A DNA stretch of 64,000 nucleotides, taken from contig OZ024742.1 of assembly GCA_964016885.1 (NCBI GenBank), forward strand, positions 196,664,001 through 196,728,000, in the 5' to 3' direction. The notes beneath the pieces are model-generated. The model ran no database searches. It was not told where the DNA came from and saw only the letters and a program-made list of their open reading frames with translations. This document shows positions 24,735 through 39,044 of this stretch, piece by piece (position 1 is the first letter of the stretch; each line of letters starts with the position of its first letter). The DNA is from Eledone cirrhosa. Lineage: Eukaryota. The position numbers and the translations under genes are program-made.

Positions 24735-26266
24735 GATCATCATTTTACGTCTGTTTTTTCCTGCTTGCAAGGGTGGGACGGGTCTTATTTAGCACAGCAT
24801 CTCTCCACTTGCCACGGTCCTTCGTCATCTCCACCGTGAGCTTCAGTGATCTGAGGTCTGTTCTCACCACCTCCACCCATGTTTTTCGTCGTCTACCTCT
24901 ACCACGTCTTCCTTCAACTGTTATTTCCTGGCACTTCTTCACCCATCGGTCATCCTCCATGCGCATCACATGTCCATACCACCGCAGTCTCCTCTCTCGC
25001 ACACTACATTCTATCCCTCTCAGACACAGTTTCTCTCTCAACACATTCATGCTGGGTCGATCATGCACATTGACATTGCACATCCAACGGAGCATGCTTG
25101 CCTCATTTCTCTCCAGCCGTCACATATCCTCTGCAGATGCTGCCCATGTCTCACTACCATGCAGCATCGCGCTCCTCACACAGGCATCATATAACCGGCT
25201 TTTCGTACGCAGGGAGAAACCCTTCTTCGTCAGCAGAGGAAGCAGCTCCCTAAACTTCTTCCAACCCATCCTTATTCTAGATACTATGGCCTCGAACCCC
25301 CCCCCCCCCCCCCCCCTCCCATGCTAATCTGATCTCCTAGGTAGCGGAAGCTATCAACCACTTCTATAGCACCCGTCTGCATTTGAAAAATTTGTCTATC
25401 AATGCAACTTCTACTGTCTAATTTCCCTGTACATCTACTGCATACATATTTCTCCCTATCTGTTAGTTTGCCTGCTATCCCACTACATCTCTTGTGTACC
25501 CAGGATCTGCATTGTGTGCATTTTATAGAATTTATGCCAGTTCCTTTTCTGCATATCGAACATGGCCATTTCCCTGACGGAATCGGAGTTTTGTCTCTTT
25601 TCTACTCATCAACACTTTTGTCTTAGCTAGGTTCACTCTCAGTCCTCTTTTTTCCAACTGCTGTTTCCATAGCCAGAATTTATTCTCTAGCTCCTCTCCT
25701 GATTCTGCTATAAGAACCAGATCGTCAGCATAGAGAAGTTCCCATGGACAGCCAGTCTTAAACTCCTCTGTTATGGCTTGGAGGACTATAATGAACAAGA
25801 GCGGGCTGAGGACCGAACCTTGATGTACTCCTACTTGTATCTGGAATTCCTCACTAAACTCCATTCCTACTCTGACTTTACTGACAGTACCTCTGTACAA
25901 AGTTTGCACTGTCCTCACAAGCCATTCCTCAACACCTAGTTTCCTTAGGGACCACCAGATGACAGATCGGGATACCCTATCAAAGGCCTTCTCTAGGTCA
26001 ACAAAGGTGAAGTATAGTGGCTTATTTTTCTCTAAGAACCTCTCTTGTAATTGTCTCACCAAGAAGAGGGCATCTGTTGTACTCTTCCCAGGCACAAAAC
26101 CAAACTGCATCTCATCTAGTTTGACTCTTTCTCTAATTAGTTGTGCTAATATCCTTTCTGACACTTTCATAACCTGATCCATCAGTTTTATAGCCCTATA
26201 ATTGCTCATCTCCAGAGCATCCCCTTTACCTTTGTAACAATTTATGAGAATACTGCTGCACCAGTC
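24735..26266 (-). mobile_element. 5'-truncated, frameshifted RTE-like LINE (PHD finger in RT)
   Basis: ORFs 25532..26209 (NYRAIKL, FVDLEKAFD, GVHQGSVLSP, LLYADD) and 24745..25095 (LRWYGHVMRM); (GAT)n-like tail. Confidence 0.9.
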
Positions 26267-26778
26267 TTATATATATATATATATATATATTCATTGTTGT
26301 TTTCATATCCACCTTTCCATGCTGGCATGAGTTAAACTGAACTTTCTGAAGCAGTGTTTTACAACTGGCTGCCCTTCCTGGCATCAACCCTTTTGCTCAC
26401 CTTTTACAACATGCAGGCACACAGTGTACCTACTATATGTGTGTGTGTATGTATGTGTGAATGTATGAAAAAAGAAATGTGCCAGTCATCAGATTGAACC
26501 AAGGAAACTGTTGCCATTGCTCTTTTCATTGCTGATTGCTACTCCTTGCATAGTTAAAAGTGTTTACACTTCATAGGCTTCTAATTTAAAAATAGTAATG
26601 AGATCTATCTTAAAATCTTCAAATCTTCATCATTTTTATTTCCACTTTTCCATGCTGGCATGGGTTGGATTAGTTGTTTTGAGACACCTGAATGTTCTTC
26701 CTGGCACCAGCCCTTTTAGTCACCTTTTACAATATACAGTGATGTGGTGTATCTATTCTAAAAACTGGAATATACACA

Positions 26779-26833
<55 letters not shown>

Positions 26834-27217
26834 CATTAGAAAGGGCATCCAGCCAAAATCAGTTCTGTGTGAGCAAAACAGTCATTCGACTTGGCTTGTC
26901 TCGCAATGGGTCAGCTCATCTATCCCATGCTAGTGCAGGAAAAGGATGTTAAATGATGATGATTATTATATATATGACTGTGCTTTGGTTTGATCATTTT
27001 TATTAAGGATTTTTCATATTTCCTTATTAGTTCTTTATGCTTAGTTCGGAACAGTAGGGTTCCTAAATCCACATACACATATGTATTAATGTTTCAAGGC
27101 CTTTACAGCTCGATCATAAGAATCAGAATGATCATATTAGTGGCATATTGGTCAGATGTTTATATATATATATATATACTTATGTCTTCTTTTTTAATCT
27201 TTTTCATTTCTAATCAG

Positions 27218-27378
27218 TGACAACAAATTGTCCAGTTTGGCTGATACTCTGCTGGAGAATAAAACACAGCCAGAGTCAGAGTCACCACAAGTGAAAGCCA
27301 TATCTCCTTTGAAGCAGTCTCAACTAAGAGAACACCTATCCAAGAGGGTGGTGCCACTTGTGAAATCTCTCTCTCCAG
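27218..27378 (+). CDS. NUP214: NUP214 coding exon
   Basis: aatcag|T GAC...CCA G|gtaagt; ISPLKQSQLREHLSKRVVPLVKS resembles [23 protein letters not shown]; phase 2 to 1. Confidence 0.9.
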
Positions 27379-28975
27379 GTAAGTTATTAGCATCAGTGTA
27401 GTGACATTTTTACCAAAATTTCACATTGTCTCATCTGTTCAAATATGTCTAGTAGGTTTTATTGATCACCATAGCAGAGATGAGAGAGGTTGACACTGTT
27501 GTTGTTCCCCACGTCAACCCCGGTCAAGCAAACCTATTAGCATCTCCATTCAGTTGTTTTATATCAGGGACTGTTCTGGCAAGGGAAATGGCCTTAAAAC
27601 ACTTGTATATATTATATTCAGGGGCCATCACTTTCAGAATATACACAGTGATCCTAGCATATCTTACAGGCCTCAAAACATCACTGAAGTCTTCTTTCTG
27701 AAAGCCATTCAATACCTCCTGTGATTTCATTAGAATTTTGTCTATAGTTTTTAAGCAGCAGCCCTTCAAGGCTCACTTAAAGACACTGCTGCTTATCTTT
27801 AAGTGTGAAGAGCCAGAGTGAAATAAACTTTGCCACAATACGATTCATGTTCAAGTTTTCCATGATGGCCTGGTGTCCTGAAACTGGAATAAGCACTGGC
27901 CTGGTGAGTTTCCAAGTTTGGGATAGGCTTTTTACCAGTGTGATTTGAAGGATATTTGTCTACTATTTCTAGCAGGCTTGGTGTTACCAGAGAGGCTTCC
28001 TTGTTGGCTTGTCAGTCATGATTGATTAATCATTCTTACCCCTAAAGGTGTTTTTAACTTATTCATGTCTGGCTTCCTATTATCAAAACTCTCAACAACA
28101 ACAGCAGCTGCTTCTAATTCATTCAAGTAAAACCATGAAATATGTTTTATATAAGAGCAATCACTGACTACAGCAGGGTTTGAACTCACAGCTATTGTAC
28201 TACCAGAAGAAATTTATTGAAATCTAATGTTGCTACTCTGGTTCAACTCTTCATTTCATACAGTTCAAATTCTGTCACAGTTAACTTTACCTTTTATTTC
28301 CTTGGGTTTCATAAATATCAGTAATATTCTAGAAAGGTGGTGAATCAGTCATTAGCGTGTTGGATTAAAAATACCTCTGCACTCTGAGTTTAATTCATGT
28401 CAAGGTCAACTTTACCTTTCACTCTTTTGAGGTTGGTAACTAAAATATCAGTCCTGTACTGAGAGTCGATTTTTATTATTTTTTTATTTTTATCTCTCTC
28501 TATCACTTTCTCTGGAAGTGTTCCATCCTGGAGAGGGATGGCTTCTGCCAGGTTTAGATACTCAAAAAGGCCATATATCAGGATGACGACACTATGACTC
28601 CATCAGGAGTTAAGGACACTTTACCTAATATGTTAGAGTTTGTTCAATCCATCATACCTCTGTCCTAATAATTTCATCATCATCACCGTTTTACGTCCGT
28701 TCTTCCTTACTAGCATGGGTTAGACGGGTTGTCCTGTTGTGGGCAGTGTCCAGTCGGCTGATCTTGTCTTGCTCATACGGGAACTGATTCTGGCTTGATT
28801 TCTACAGCTGGATGCCCTTCCTAACACCAACCTCATTTACAGTGAATGTATGAAATGATATATTAACATGGAATTTCGTTTTTCTATATTTTTTTTAAAG
28901 TATTGTATTTTTGTTTGTCCTTTACTTCTTTTTTAAGAATATTATTTTTTTTTTTTTTGTGTGTGTGTATTTTAG

Positions 28976-29127
28976 ACACCAGTATCAATCTCCAGAACCG
29001 GGCAGCAATGTCCAAGTCAACTTCTGCAGTGGTCAACGAACAAAAGCCAAGTTTTGGTTTGAAACCAGTAGCAAGTGCTACGATTGCCTCTGATGAAGTT
29101 GAGGGCAGTTTTATTGGACAGATGCAG
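28976..29127 (+). CDS. NUP214: NUP214 coding exon
   Basis: ttttag|AC ACC...ATG CAG|gtaata; open frame including KPSFGLKP; phase 1 to 0. Confidence 0.8.
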
Positions 29128-30671
29128 GTAATAACTTCAATTTTTCTCAATTCAACACCATTTTAACCACTTTCATGAATCTTTTTGATACCAAACTACC
29201 TAAAACTGACACTGGGATTACAGTTTTATACTGTTTGTTTGAAAATGTTTATATTTATCTAAAAAATAACTTCCAGTTTACAAACACCAGCTTAATAATT
29301 AGGAAGTTTACTGCATTATTTAAATCCCTCCAAATTCTGAATTATTTTCAAAATTACCTGAAAATTATAGGCAGTGTCTTTCATTAGAAATATGATAACA
29401 AGAAGGTTAATACTAGCTGGGGTAAAACCGTGAACATTACAAGTCACCATTTTCTTTTGGTCTATAGTTTGAAGGGTTTTGTTGATCCCTGGTTGATCCC
29501 GATTAAGCTGACCTATGATCAAAAGTATTCCAACCATGACCATTCCTTTTGTTTTTCAGACATTGTGTAGCCAATGTCATTTTTTAAAACATGGTAGAGT
29601 CTGATTTAAGGGATGTTTGGCTGCTGTTTCTAATTGATTGATTGACACCATAGGGTTCTTTTGATTGTTCATGAGTTTTTAAGTTTTATACTTTCATCTC
29701 AACTGTTTCAATGCTTAGCTGAAGCTACTGGATTCATTAGTGTCATTGAGAAAGGGATGAACTTCACACATTCACATTCAGCTCTCCTATAAATTTGTAT
29801 AATTTGTAGTGCTGTGTAGCAATTTGTAGCTTGATAGCCTATCTAGTGTTAGTGACATTATAAACACACCCAGTACATTCTGGCACCTCTATAAAATGCA
29901 CCTGGTGCACTCTGTAAAGTATGGTCACATGTGTAAGCGAGATGCAGGCCACTGGCCCCTCTGATTAAATAATGACTTAGCCTATGGTGATCCATTTAAC
30001 CCTTACAGATATTAAAAATAATGATGTGCTGATTATGAAAAAAAAAAATCAGTGTTGTTGTGAAGGTCTGAAAATGGCAGAAGTTGTGAAAGGGTGATGT
30101 TCAAGGCCTTAGAGCAATTGTCTCAACATTTATAGGTTCACACTTATGGTGAAAGCCCCTTTAGGATTAAAGAAATGAACTTAGTGGACTATTATAAATA
30201 AACAACGTATCTTGTTGTCGGGAGTTTGGTTGGAGTCTCACGTTTTGTAGTTGGAAATTACACCCAAGATAAAGCTGTTTAGTACCCCTGCATCCTAGAA
30301 AATATAACCAGTCTAAAGGGTTATAAAATGATATAATATACATTATTTTCTTGAACACTAACACAAAATGACATTCCCAAACAAAATATCTACCAAGGTG
30401 GCTGGAAGAATTTTACTGTTTTGTACTGTTAATGTGGTTTCTTGTAGTTTGTTAATTTAAATGTTTATAGTATCTTTACAACAGATCAGTGTGAAAATTT
30501 GCAGTATTAGAGTAAAGACTTCAATTTTTAATGTGATGTAGTCACAGTACAATTTTGTGCTTTTCAAAAATATCGTAACATGATTTCATGTGGTACAGGA
30601 TATTAAGAGTTAACCAATATCTGACAGCACTCATTTTTATCATATATTATGTCTTTTTGTATGTTGGACAG

Positions 30672-30759
30672 AGCCGATCAATAGACACAAGTACCCCAGT
30701 GAAGACTGATGCAAAATATGTCCCAAAGAGTGCTTTCTTTCCATCTATACAGATTTCCA
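30672..30759 (+). CDS. NUP214: NUP214 coding exon
   Basis: gacag|AGC...TCC A|gtaagt; SRSIDTSTPVKTDAKYVPKSAFFPSIQIS; phase 0 to 1 is needed to link neighbours. Confidence 0.75.
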
Positions 30760-32371
30760 GTAAGTTCTTTATTACAATATCATTCATCATGACCATCATT
30801 GTTTAACTTAATTCCATAACACCTATTATTTCTTGATGCTTTGAATACTCCACTATTATGTATGTATGGACCTGTAACTCCTGGTGGAGTCATAGTGGCA
30901 CTGTAGTGGTATATGGGGTTTCTTTGGCACTTTAAACCTGGCAGAGCCCATTCTCTCTCCAGGTCAGAACACTGTTGATTTCTCTCCATGGAGAGAAAGC
31001 AAGTGATAATGATGAAGGGAGATGGAGATATAGAGGAAAAATTGATCCGACTACTGGACTGGTACTTTTTTATTGACCTTGGAAGGATGAAAGGCAAAGT
31101 TGACCATGGCAGGAATTGAACTCAAAACACAGAGCAGGAACAAATACTGCAAAACATCTAATTATGTTAATTTGCTGTCTACTCCACTATTATAGGAAGA
31201 AAATTAAAAAATTGGATGGCTGTAAGGATTCTTTGCTTGATCTATGTCAATGCAAGAAATTACAATATCTGATAGTTGTTGCAGAAGTGTGCATATGTAT
31301 GTGTGAAAAATCTAAAACATTTTTATAACAAACACACTCCTTATCCTTCAATAAGCTGAACCAATAAGAAATATTTTATTTCTGCATATTGGTAATTTAG
31401 TGATTAGAGGATTGATTAATCAATAAACTGACATGGAAATCTTTTTGTTCATTGATCAACTTGCTAGAAATAATAGCTTAATTTTCCTCAAAACTACGGG
31501 TTAACAAGGAAATCTCTGTGGTCATTGATGAACCTGTTTGAAGTAGTAGATAAATCTTCTTCTTTAATCCCTAGTTGGCGATTGGGCAAGGCTGTTTTCT
31601 CAACCAATACACTGCTGTGGCTGCCAATGGATGATGGACTCTGATGATGTTTTTCCATGCTTTTCTATCCATGGTGCTGACCTTAGCATGGTCAAGGTGC
31701 TGCGATTTCAGCTCCTCCTCGACTTGTTTCACCCATGTCTTCTTTGGGGAGCTGCACTAGATTTGCTCATCCTGCAGACGTGGCCAAACTATTGCAGCCT
31801 ACATTTGGCCTGCAATGGTCAGCTGCTGCTGGCATTGTTCTTGGATATGGTTCTTTAAGATTCAGTTGCGTAGAGACACACCAAGGATCTGATGGAGATA
31901 TCACATTTAGAACACCTCGAGTATAACTCAAATCACATCGTAGCATTTAAAAAAAAGATAGACACATTGGACAATATAATTTTTGGTGGTCATGGTTTAT
32001 CATTCCACAGACACATACACCCTTAGTGTAATTCTCAGGGAGATTCAATGTGACAAACTGTGTGTCAGTGTCACAAAGCTAGCAATTTGAATTGCAGGTA
32101 AAGTCCACCCAATGGGTGTTTCTATCTACCTGATATCACATACAAGGCTTGGGTTGACCTGAAGCTATAGTAAATGACACTTGCCCTAGATGTCAGGCAG
32201 TGGGATCAAACATGAGACCTAACAATTGCGAAGTGAATCTCTTAACCAGTCAGCCATCCTACATCCTCAGCAGATATATTGTGTGAGAGAGAGAGGGAGG
32301 TGTTTATTTTTGGTATATTTCAGTTTGTTTTAAAACAAAACATTGGACATTTGCATCTGTTTCATCATTAG

Positions 32372-32587
32372 ACTATGCCAGCAGTCTCAACCTAGAAGAT
32401 ATTTCTCCAGCAGACTCTGTGACAGGTGATGACTCGGCTGGAGTTGAAGAGGATGATGAAGACGAGGAAGATGAAGAGGAATGTGAGGAAGAAGAGGAGG
32501 AGGAGGAATGTGAGGAAGAGGAGGAGGAGGAGGATGTAGAAGATGATTACACAACCCTTGAACTGGAGGAAAGGAAGCAAGTTGTGG
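32372..32587 (+). CDS. NUP214: NUP214 coding exon (acidic E/D tract)
   Basis: cattag|AC TAT...GTG G|gtaagt; YASSLNLEDISPADSVTGDDSAGVEEDDEDEE...EERKQVV; 216 nt, phase 1 to 1. Confidence 0.78.
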
Positions 32588-33254
32588 GTAAGTAGGGATG
32601 TCATTTTAACTCTTAACATTCTGTAATGATTTAGAAAATATCAAGAAAGAGGTTTGTTAATTCAAATACAGTGTTTTTCCTAGTGGACAGATCTTCTTCT
32701 TTGCCCACTTATTCCTGAGAAGGTCGTGGGGGCAGAGTCCTCAAACATTTCCTCTAGCGGGTCCTGTCAGAAGCAACATTCTCCAACTGCTCTGGTTGGA
32801 TCCCCAAGCGTGACCAGCTGAGCTCATGGATGTTATCCAACCATCTTGCTCAGGGTCTTCTGCCAGTTGGTTCTGTTCATGAACAGATCATTGCGAAAAT
32901 TTGTTGTAAACTAAAGGCTTTAGTTTTTAATGTGATGCAGTCATAGTATTGTTTTGTAATTTTCAAGAATGTTTTGTTCATGTAGTTTTATGTGGTACAG
33001 GATGTTAAGAGTTAATTAACTCTTTCTTTTCAACATAGAAGAAACCATTATTACAAACGCCAAGGTTAACTTTGCCTTTCATCCTTACGGGGTCGATAAA
33101 ATAAAGTACCAGTAATACACTGGGTAATTGCTGGCCTTGTGCCAAAAAAGTAGAAAAATTATTACAAATTATGTTATCGTGTTTCTCACAATTTCACTGA
33201 TATGTTATTATTTATGTTTTCATTTCTTTTTGCTTATGTTTGCTGCATCAACAG

Positions 33255-35472
33255 CTGAAGATTCTTCAAAATCTGCTCAAAAACTGCCAATTTCTGCAAA
33301 TTCTCCATATGTATTTGGGGACCTTGGCAAGCTTGCTGGGTCATCACCATTTTTGGCAACATCTGCTAAAACGAATCAATTTCCAACACAAGTGACCAAA
33401 CCTACATCGACAGCTAATGTTAACAAGCCACAACAACAGTCAACTCTAGGAAGCCTTCTTGTCACTCCAAAGCCATCTGAAGAATCGGTTAGCAAGAATT
33501 TATTTACCAATAATAATATGGCAACCTTTTCTTTCTCGGGTTCAAAATTTAATGCCAATTCTGCTAATGATTCCACAAAACCAGTGACTCGAGTTAAAAA
33601 TCCTTCGATATTTTCACTTGATAATACTGGAGCTGGTACTACAACTGCTGCCACTGATAGTAAAACTGCTCAGGGTAATTTTACATTTGTCTCCTCTACA
33701 ACTGCCACCACTCCAGCCACTACAGAAGAAGCAACTACTACATCTATTTCAAATGCAGCTGGTACCACTAAATCTACGTCAGTATTTACATTACAGCCAT
33801 TAAACAATTTACAAATGTTTAATGATGACCCTAGCAAGCCTGCTGGGTCATCACCATTTTTGGCAACATCTGCTAAAACGAATCAATTTCCAACACAAGT
33901 GACCAAACCTACATCGACAGCTAATGTTAACAAGCCACAACAACAGTCAACTCTAGGAAGCCTTCTTGTCACTCCAAAATCATCTGAAGAATCGGTTAGC
34001 AAGAATTTATTTACCAATAATAATATGGCAACCTTTTCTTTCTCGGGTTCAAAATTTAATGCCAATTCTGCTAATGATTCCACAAAACCAGTGACTCAAG
34101 TTAAAAATCCTTCGATATTTTCACTTGAGAATACTGGAGCTGGTACTACAACTGCCACTATTCCAGCATCTACTGAAGAAGCAGCTAGTACATCTATTTC
34201 AAATGCAGCTGGTACCACTAAATCCACGTCAATATTTACATCACAGTCATTAAACAATTTGCAGATGTTCAATGAAAACCTATTCCAAACTCCGAAAGAA
34301 GGCTTCACTTTTAGTGGAAGCTCTGCTGGAATTGAACCTCCATCCACTAGCTTGTCACAACAGCAATCATCTCAGATAACAACCTCCACTTCAGCCGTTT
34401 CCCCTGCTGCAGGTTTGTTCACAATGCCCACCACATCAATCTTCAAGTCCTTCCCACCTGCATCCGAAGTCACTACTGACAAACAAAGTGCAGTAACACC
34501 CTCGGCAAGTGAAGCGGCTTCTGCTGTATGTACTACAGTAACGGTACCGGCAGCAGCAGCGTCATCTGGACTAACAGTACCGGCAGCAGCACCATCACCA
34601 CCTACAGTTGCTAATGTAGTTGGTTCTGATGTGGCTTCAGCTGTTCCTACATCTACTACTACAACTTCTACTCTGACTGCCACCACTACCATTTCATTTA
34701 CAGTTCCTTCTCCTGCAACTACCACTTCTATTACCACGTTCCCTACACTGACTGCAACTACACCTATAACTATTCCAACAGTTACTACCAGCACTATCAC
34801 TGCTACACCTACTCCACCTCCTAGTACGTTATTTGCTGGTTCATCTCCGACTACAACAACTGCATCTTCTACATTTTCTATGTCAAATACAACAGCTTTT
34901 GCAACCACTGCAACAACTAATATGTTTACAATGTGTTTTAACACTCCTGCAAGTACCAGTAACTCTGGCTCAAGTGCTGCAGTCTCAACAGTCACAGGAA
35001 ACACTCCTTCTTGTAGCGCTGCTGCCATCTTTGCCAATGCTGCCAACACTATGTTTGGTCAGCCTACACAGACAGCAAATGCATCAACTCTTGCTGAACC
35101 ATTCAAATCGCCAACTTCTCAAATATCTACTATCTTCTCCCAACAAAATTCATTCGCTGCATCATCTAGCAGTAGTCCTGTGGCCAAAGGACTGTTTGGT
35201 CAAGAGTCTAGTGGACTATTTGGCCAACCAGCTAGCCCAGCTACAAACACAGGAATTGGTGGAGCTAGTAGTATTGATGATTCCAATGTCATTAATACAG
35301 GAGCTGCCTTTAGTACAGTAAAGTCATTGTTCTCTCAGTCGAAAACTGGATCTGTGTTTGGGCAGCCTCCAGTATCTCCCACACCAACCACCAAGGCCAT
35401 GGGTCTCTTTGGACAGACAAGCACTCCTACAATGACTGCATTTAATCAACCAGTTTTTGGTCAAACAGATAG
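33255..35472 (+). CDS. NUP214: NUP214 large coding exon (S/T-rich, FG repeats)
   Basis: aacag|CT GAA...GAT AG|gtatgt; 2218 nt within ORF 33128..35485; many xFGQ and FSF motifs; phase 1 to 2. Confidence 0.9.
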
Positions 35473-36047
35473 GTATGTATGTTGATATATTCTTAGATAT
35501 TGTGATGACCATCATCATCATCATTTTTGTGTGTGTATTCCCACTTCCTTACTAACATCAGTTTGAAAATTTTACATTGATTCTGATCGTAGAGAAGGGG
35601 TGTATAGTTTAAATTGATTCCAGTATTTGACTGCTACTTATTTTATATACCCCTGGAGTGATGAAAATAAAGTAAAGTCCAGCAGAATTTGAATCAGAAC
35701 TTAAAGGATATAATTAGAAGCTACAAGACATATTGTTCAGCATACTACTAATTCTACAATGCACCATCTTAGTACTAATGTTGAATGAGGATGATTATAT
35801 GCGACATAAAACCCAATTTCACAAGAGGAGATTATAAAGTGGATAGAATAAACTTCAGTGTTTTGATTGTCTTTGATTTGCTCAGAAAAGTCTGGACATT
35901 CCTCATGACCTTTGCAGGAAGTCTGAGATGGTTGAAGGAATGGGCTGAAGAAACCATGACTCATGAGTTGCTGTGATTTAACATCTCAGTGACCACACAG
36001 AGGGACTTGTTAGGAAGCAGAGCCACTTTCTATACATTCTAGTTAAC

Positions 36048-36545
36048 TAGCACTATATAAGGAATGATGCAATAGCAAGCTGTGCACTGTATAAGGAATG
36101 ATACAATAGCAAGCTGTGCACTATATAAGGAATGGTGCAATAGCAAGCTGTGCACTATATAAGGAATGATACAATAGCAAGCTGTGCACTGTATAAGGAA
36201 TGATACAATAGCAAGCTGTGCACTATATAAGGAATGGTGCAATAGCAAGCTGTGCACTGTATAATGAATGATGCAATAGCAAGCAGCACTATGTAAGGGA
36301 TGGTGCAATAGCAAGCTGTGCACTGTATAATGAATGATACAATAGCAAGCTGCACTATGTAAGGGATGGTGCAATAGCAAGCTGCACTATGTAAGGGATG
36401 GTGCAATAGCAAGCTGCACTATGTAAGGGATGGTGCAATAGCAAGCTGCACTATATAAGGAATGATGCAATAGCAAGCTGCACTATATAAGGAATGATAC
36501 ACTAGTAAGCTGCACTATATAAGGAATGATACAATAGCAAGCAGT
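36048..36545. repeat. 32-34-bp minisatellite, about 15 copies
   Basis: Unit GCACTATATAAGGAATGATRCAATAGCAAGCT(GT). Confidence 0.92.
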
Positions 36546-36659
36546 GCATCAAGCCAGTACTATAATGTGCAAGAAACACATCGAAATACCAAGAATAGAC
36601 CAAAAAGCTGACCAGAATACTTGCAACAAAGTGAAATCTTCTAAATCCACTAGCTCTGG

Positions 36660-37050
36660 CCATGTTGTGGTGTTAAACTTGCCCCGTTATTCATATACCA
36701 TCCACTGGTGAGATTGGCATTAAACAAGCTACTCTAATGCTTACCATCTACTGATTAGATTGTGATGTTAAACTTGCCCAGTTTAACACCTACCATGCAC
36801 TGGTTAGATTGCGATGTTAAACTTGCCCAGTTATTCATATATCATCTACTGGTCAGATTAGTGTTAAACTTTCCTAGTTTAACACTTATCATCCACTGGT
36901 CAAATTGTGGTGTTAAACTTGCCTGGTTTAATACCTACCATCCACTAGTCAGATTAGTGTTAAACATATCCAGTTTAGCACCTACTGTCCACAGGTCAGC
37001 TGGTAGTATTAAACATATCCAGTTTAACATCACCATAACCTGGTCATTAG
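36660..37050. repeat. Degenerate minisatellite of about 49 bp
   Basis: Recurrent GTGTTAAACTTGCCCAGTT...CCATCCACTGGTCAGATT. Confidence 0.7.
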
Positions 37051-37534
37051 ATACTTATGGGGTAGTTATTTATTTTTCAGTCATTTAAGCCAGATGTTTT
37101 GATGATATCATACCCCTTTCTTCTCTCACTAAGCTATTTAAAGCAATGTGTATTAGTGGTACTTGGTTGATCAACCCTTCCCCCACTTACACACGATAAA
37201 AAGAATAAATAACTCCAGTTGAGTGTGGTATTTTGTAAACATTTTCAAAGAATGAGCAGAATATTTAAAATATTTAAAACATTGTTTCACAACCTTATGA
37301 GGGATAAGGGTGTGCCCTTATTCTTTTTCGCCTACTTATTCCTCAGAGGGTCGTAGGGGCAGAGTCCTCAAACACCCCATCCAGTGGGCCCTGTTAGAAG
37401 CAACTATCTCCAACTGATTTGGCTGGATCCCCAAGTGAGACCAGCTGAGCTCATGAATGTTATCCAACTATCTTGCTCGGGGTCTACCCCTAGGTCTCTT
37501 GCTAGATGGTTTTTGCCTATAAAATCTGTCCAGC

Positions 37535-37576
<42 letters not shown>

Positions 37577-37999
37577 TTTATTTATTAATTGATTTTTTTT
37601 TTTTTTTCCTCCTGAGACATTCCAACCACATGCCTGTAGTATTGGGAGGTGTGCCCTAGTTTGATTTTTTTTTAATTTTTTTTTTTTATTAATTTATTTA
37701 TTTTAACTTTTAATATCTTGCAATGATTTAGCAGATTATATTTAAAAAAAAAGTTTGATTCACATGTTTATAGTATCTCTACTAGTGTTCAAATCATTGT
37801 GAAAATTTTCATAAAGTAAAGACCTCAATTTTTGATGTGATGTGGTGATAGTGATGATTTGTACTTTTCAAGTATGCCTTACTAATTCGGATTCATGTGG
37901 CACAGAGTATGAAGAGTTAATATATTTCTCATCTCTTACAGTGGTTTCATGTAGTACACAATGTTAACAGTTAATGTTATATATTTTCATCTCTTACAG

Positions 38000-38071
38000 C
38001 AGTTTTAAAACAAATGCTTTTGCACAGTCTGCAGGTTCAACAGCCTCAGTTTTTGGTCAGGCTCCCTCGAG
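38000..38071 (+). CDS. NUP214: NUP214 coding exon (FG)
   Basis: ttacag|C AGT...TCG AG|gtaagt; SFKTNAFAQSAGSTASVFGQAPS; phase 2 to 2. Confidence 0.82.
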
Positions 38072-38670
38072 GTAAGTTATCTAATATTTAGCAGTCTGTG
38101 TAAGTATAAATCATCCTCTGGGCTAGTTTTGTATGCTGCCTCAGTTTGGATGGCTCCACAGCATTGTATATCACCAGTCTTCATGATACGACAACATATG
38201 AGATTACATTCCCTTTCCATATCTTTGAGCCTCTATGTGGTCACTAATCTTACAGAAACTAACAACCAAATATCCCTCAAAACTGGGCCCTACTGTCTTG
38301 AGCAGAAAAATAAAAGAATGCATTGTGTAATCTAGTCATAAATACAAAAAGACGAGGTGATCATGGGTCTCTTTAGTCAGAACTAAGCTTTGATATATAC
38401 ATGATCATGGTTGATGCTTGTTCCTTCAAAGTAAAACCAGCTACGACAGAGAGGCCTACAATGTACTGAATTCATGACAGTGCTTGCCACATCTCTCACC
38501 AAATTCCTACTTATGTCCTGCATCATATATATTAAAATCTTAGCTCTTAATTTATATTGTATATATTTTGGAGGTTAATTCTGCTAGCTGGGAGAACAGA
38601 TATTAAATAATGATATATATATATAAAAATGATAATGATGTAATATTTTCAAAAGGAAAGCTGTTCCCTA

Positions 38671-38711
<41 letters not shown>

Positions 38712-39044
38712 GGCAGTAGCACTAAGACAGAGTTTAAGCATAATAGGTGTGTATATGAAAACATATATAAACATATACTATACATATGGGTAGCCTTGCT
38801 ATCAAAGAAAAATATTTTTTCATAATGAAAAAATTAATTTTCCTTTATGTCCCTCTCTGGATATATCAGAGTTGCCAGTAAGGTTGAGAATGCCAGACAG
38901 TGCTGTTTCAATATGTGTTAATCTTGTATCAGTGACACTCACTCAACAAGTTTATATTATTAAATTCCTCCATATTTTGATTGTTTTTATAATTAGGCAA
39001 TGAATTTCCTCAAAAATATCGTAATGAAAGCATTAATAACCTCC

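Noticed and set aside
34372-35049. Antisense 225-aa Val/Ala-rich ORF
   Set aside because: Shadow frame of the Thr/Ser-rich NUP214 exon
33128-35485. Stand-alone 785-aa gene
   Set aside because: It is the large NUP214 exon; the first 42 or so codons and the last few are intronic
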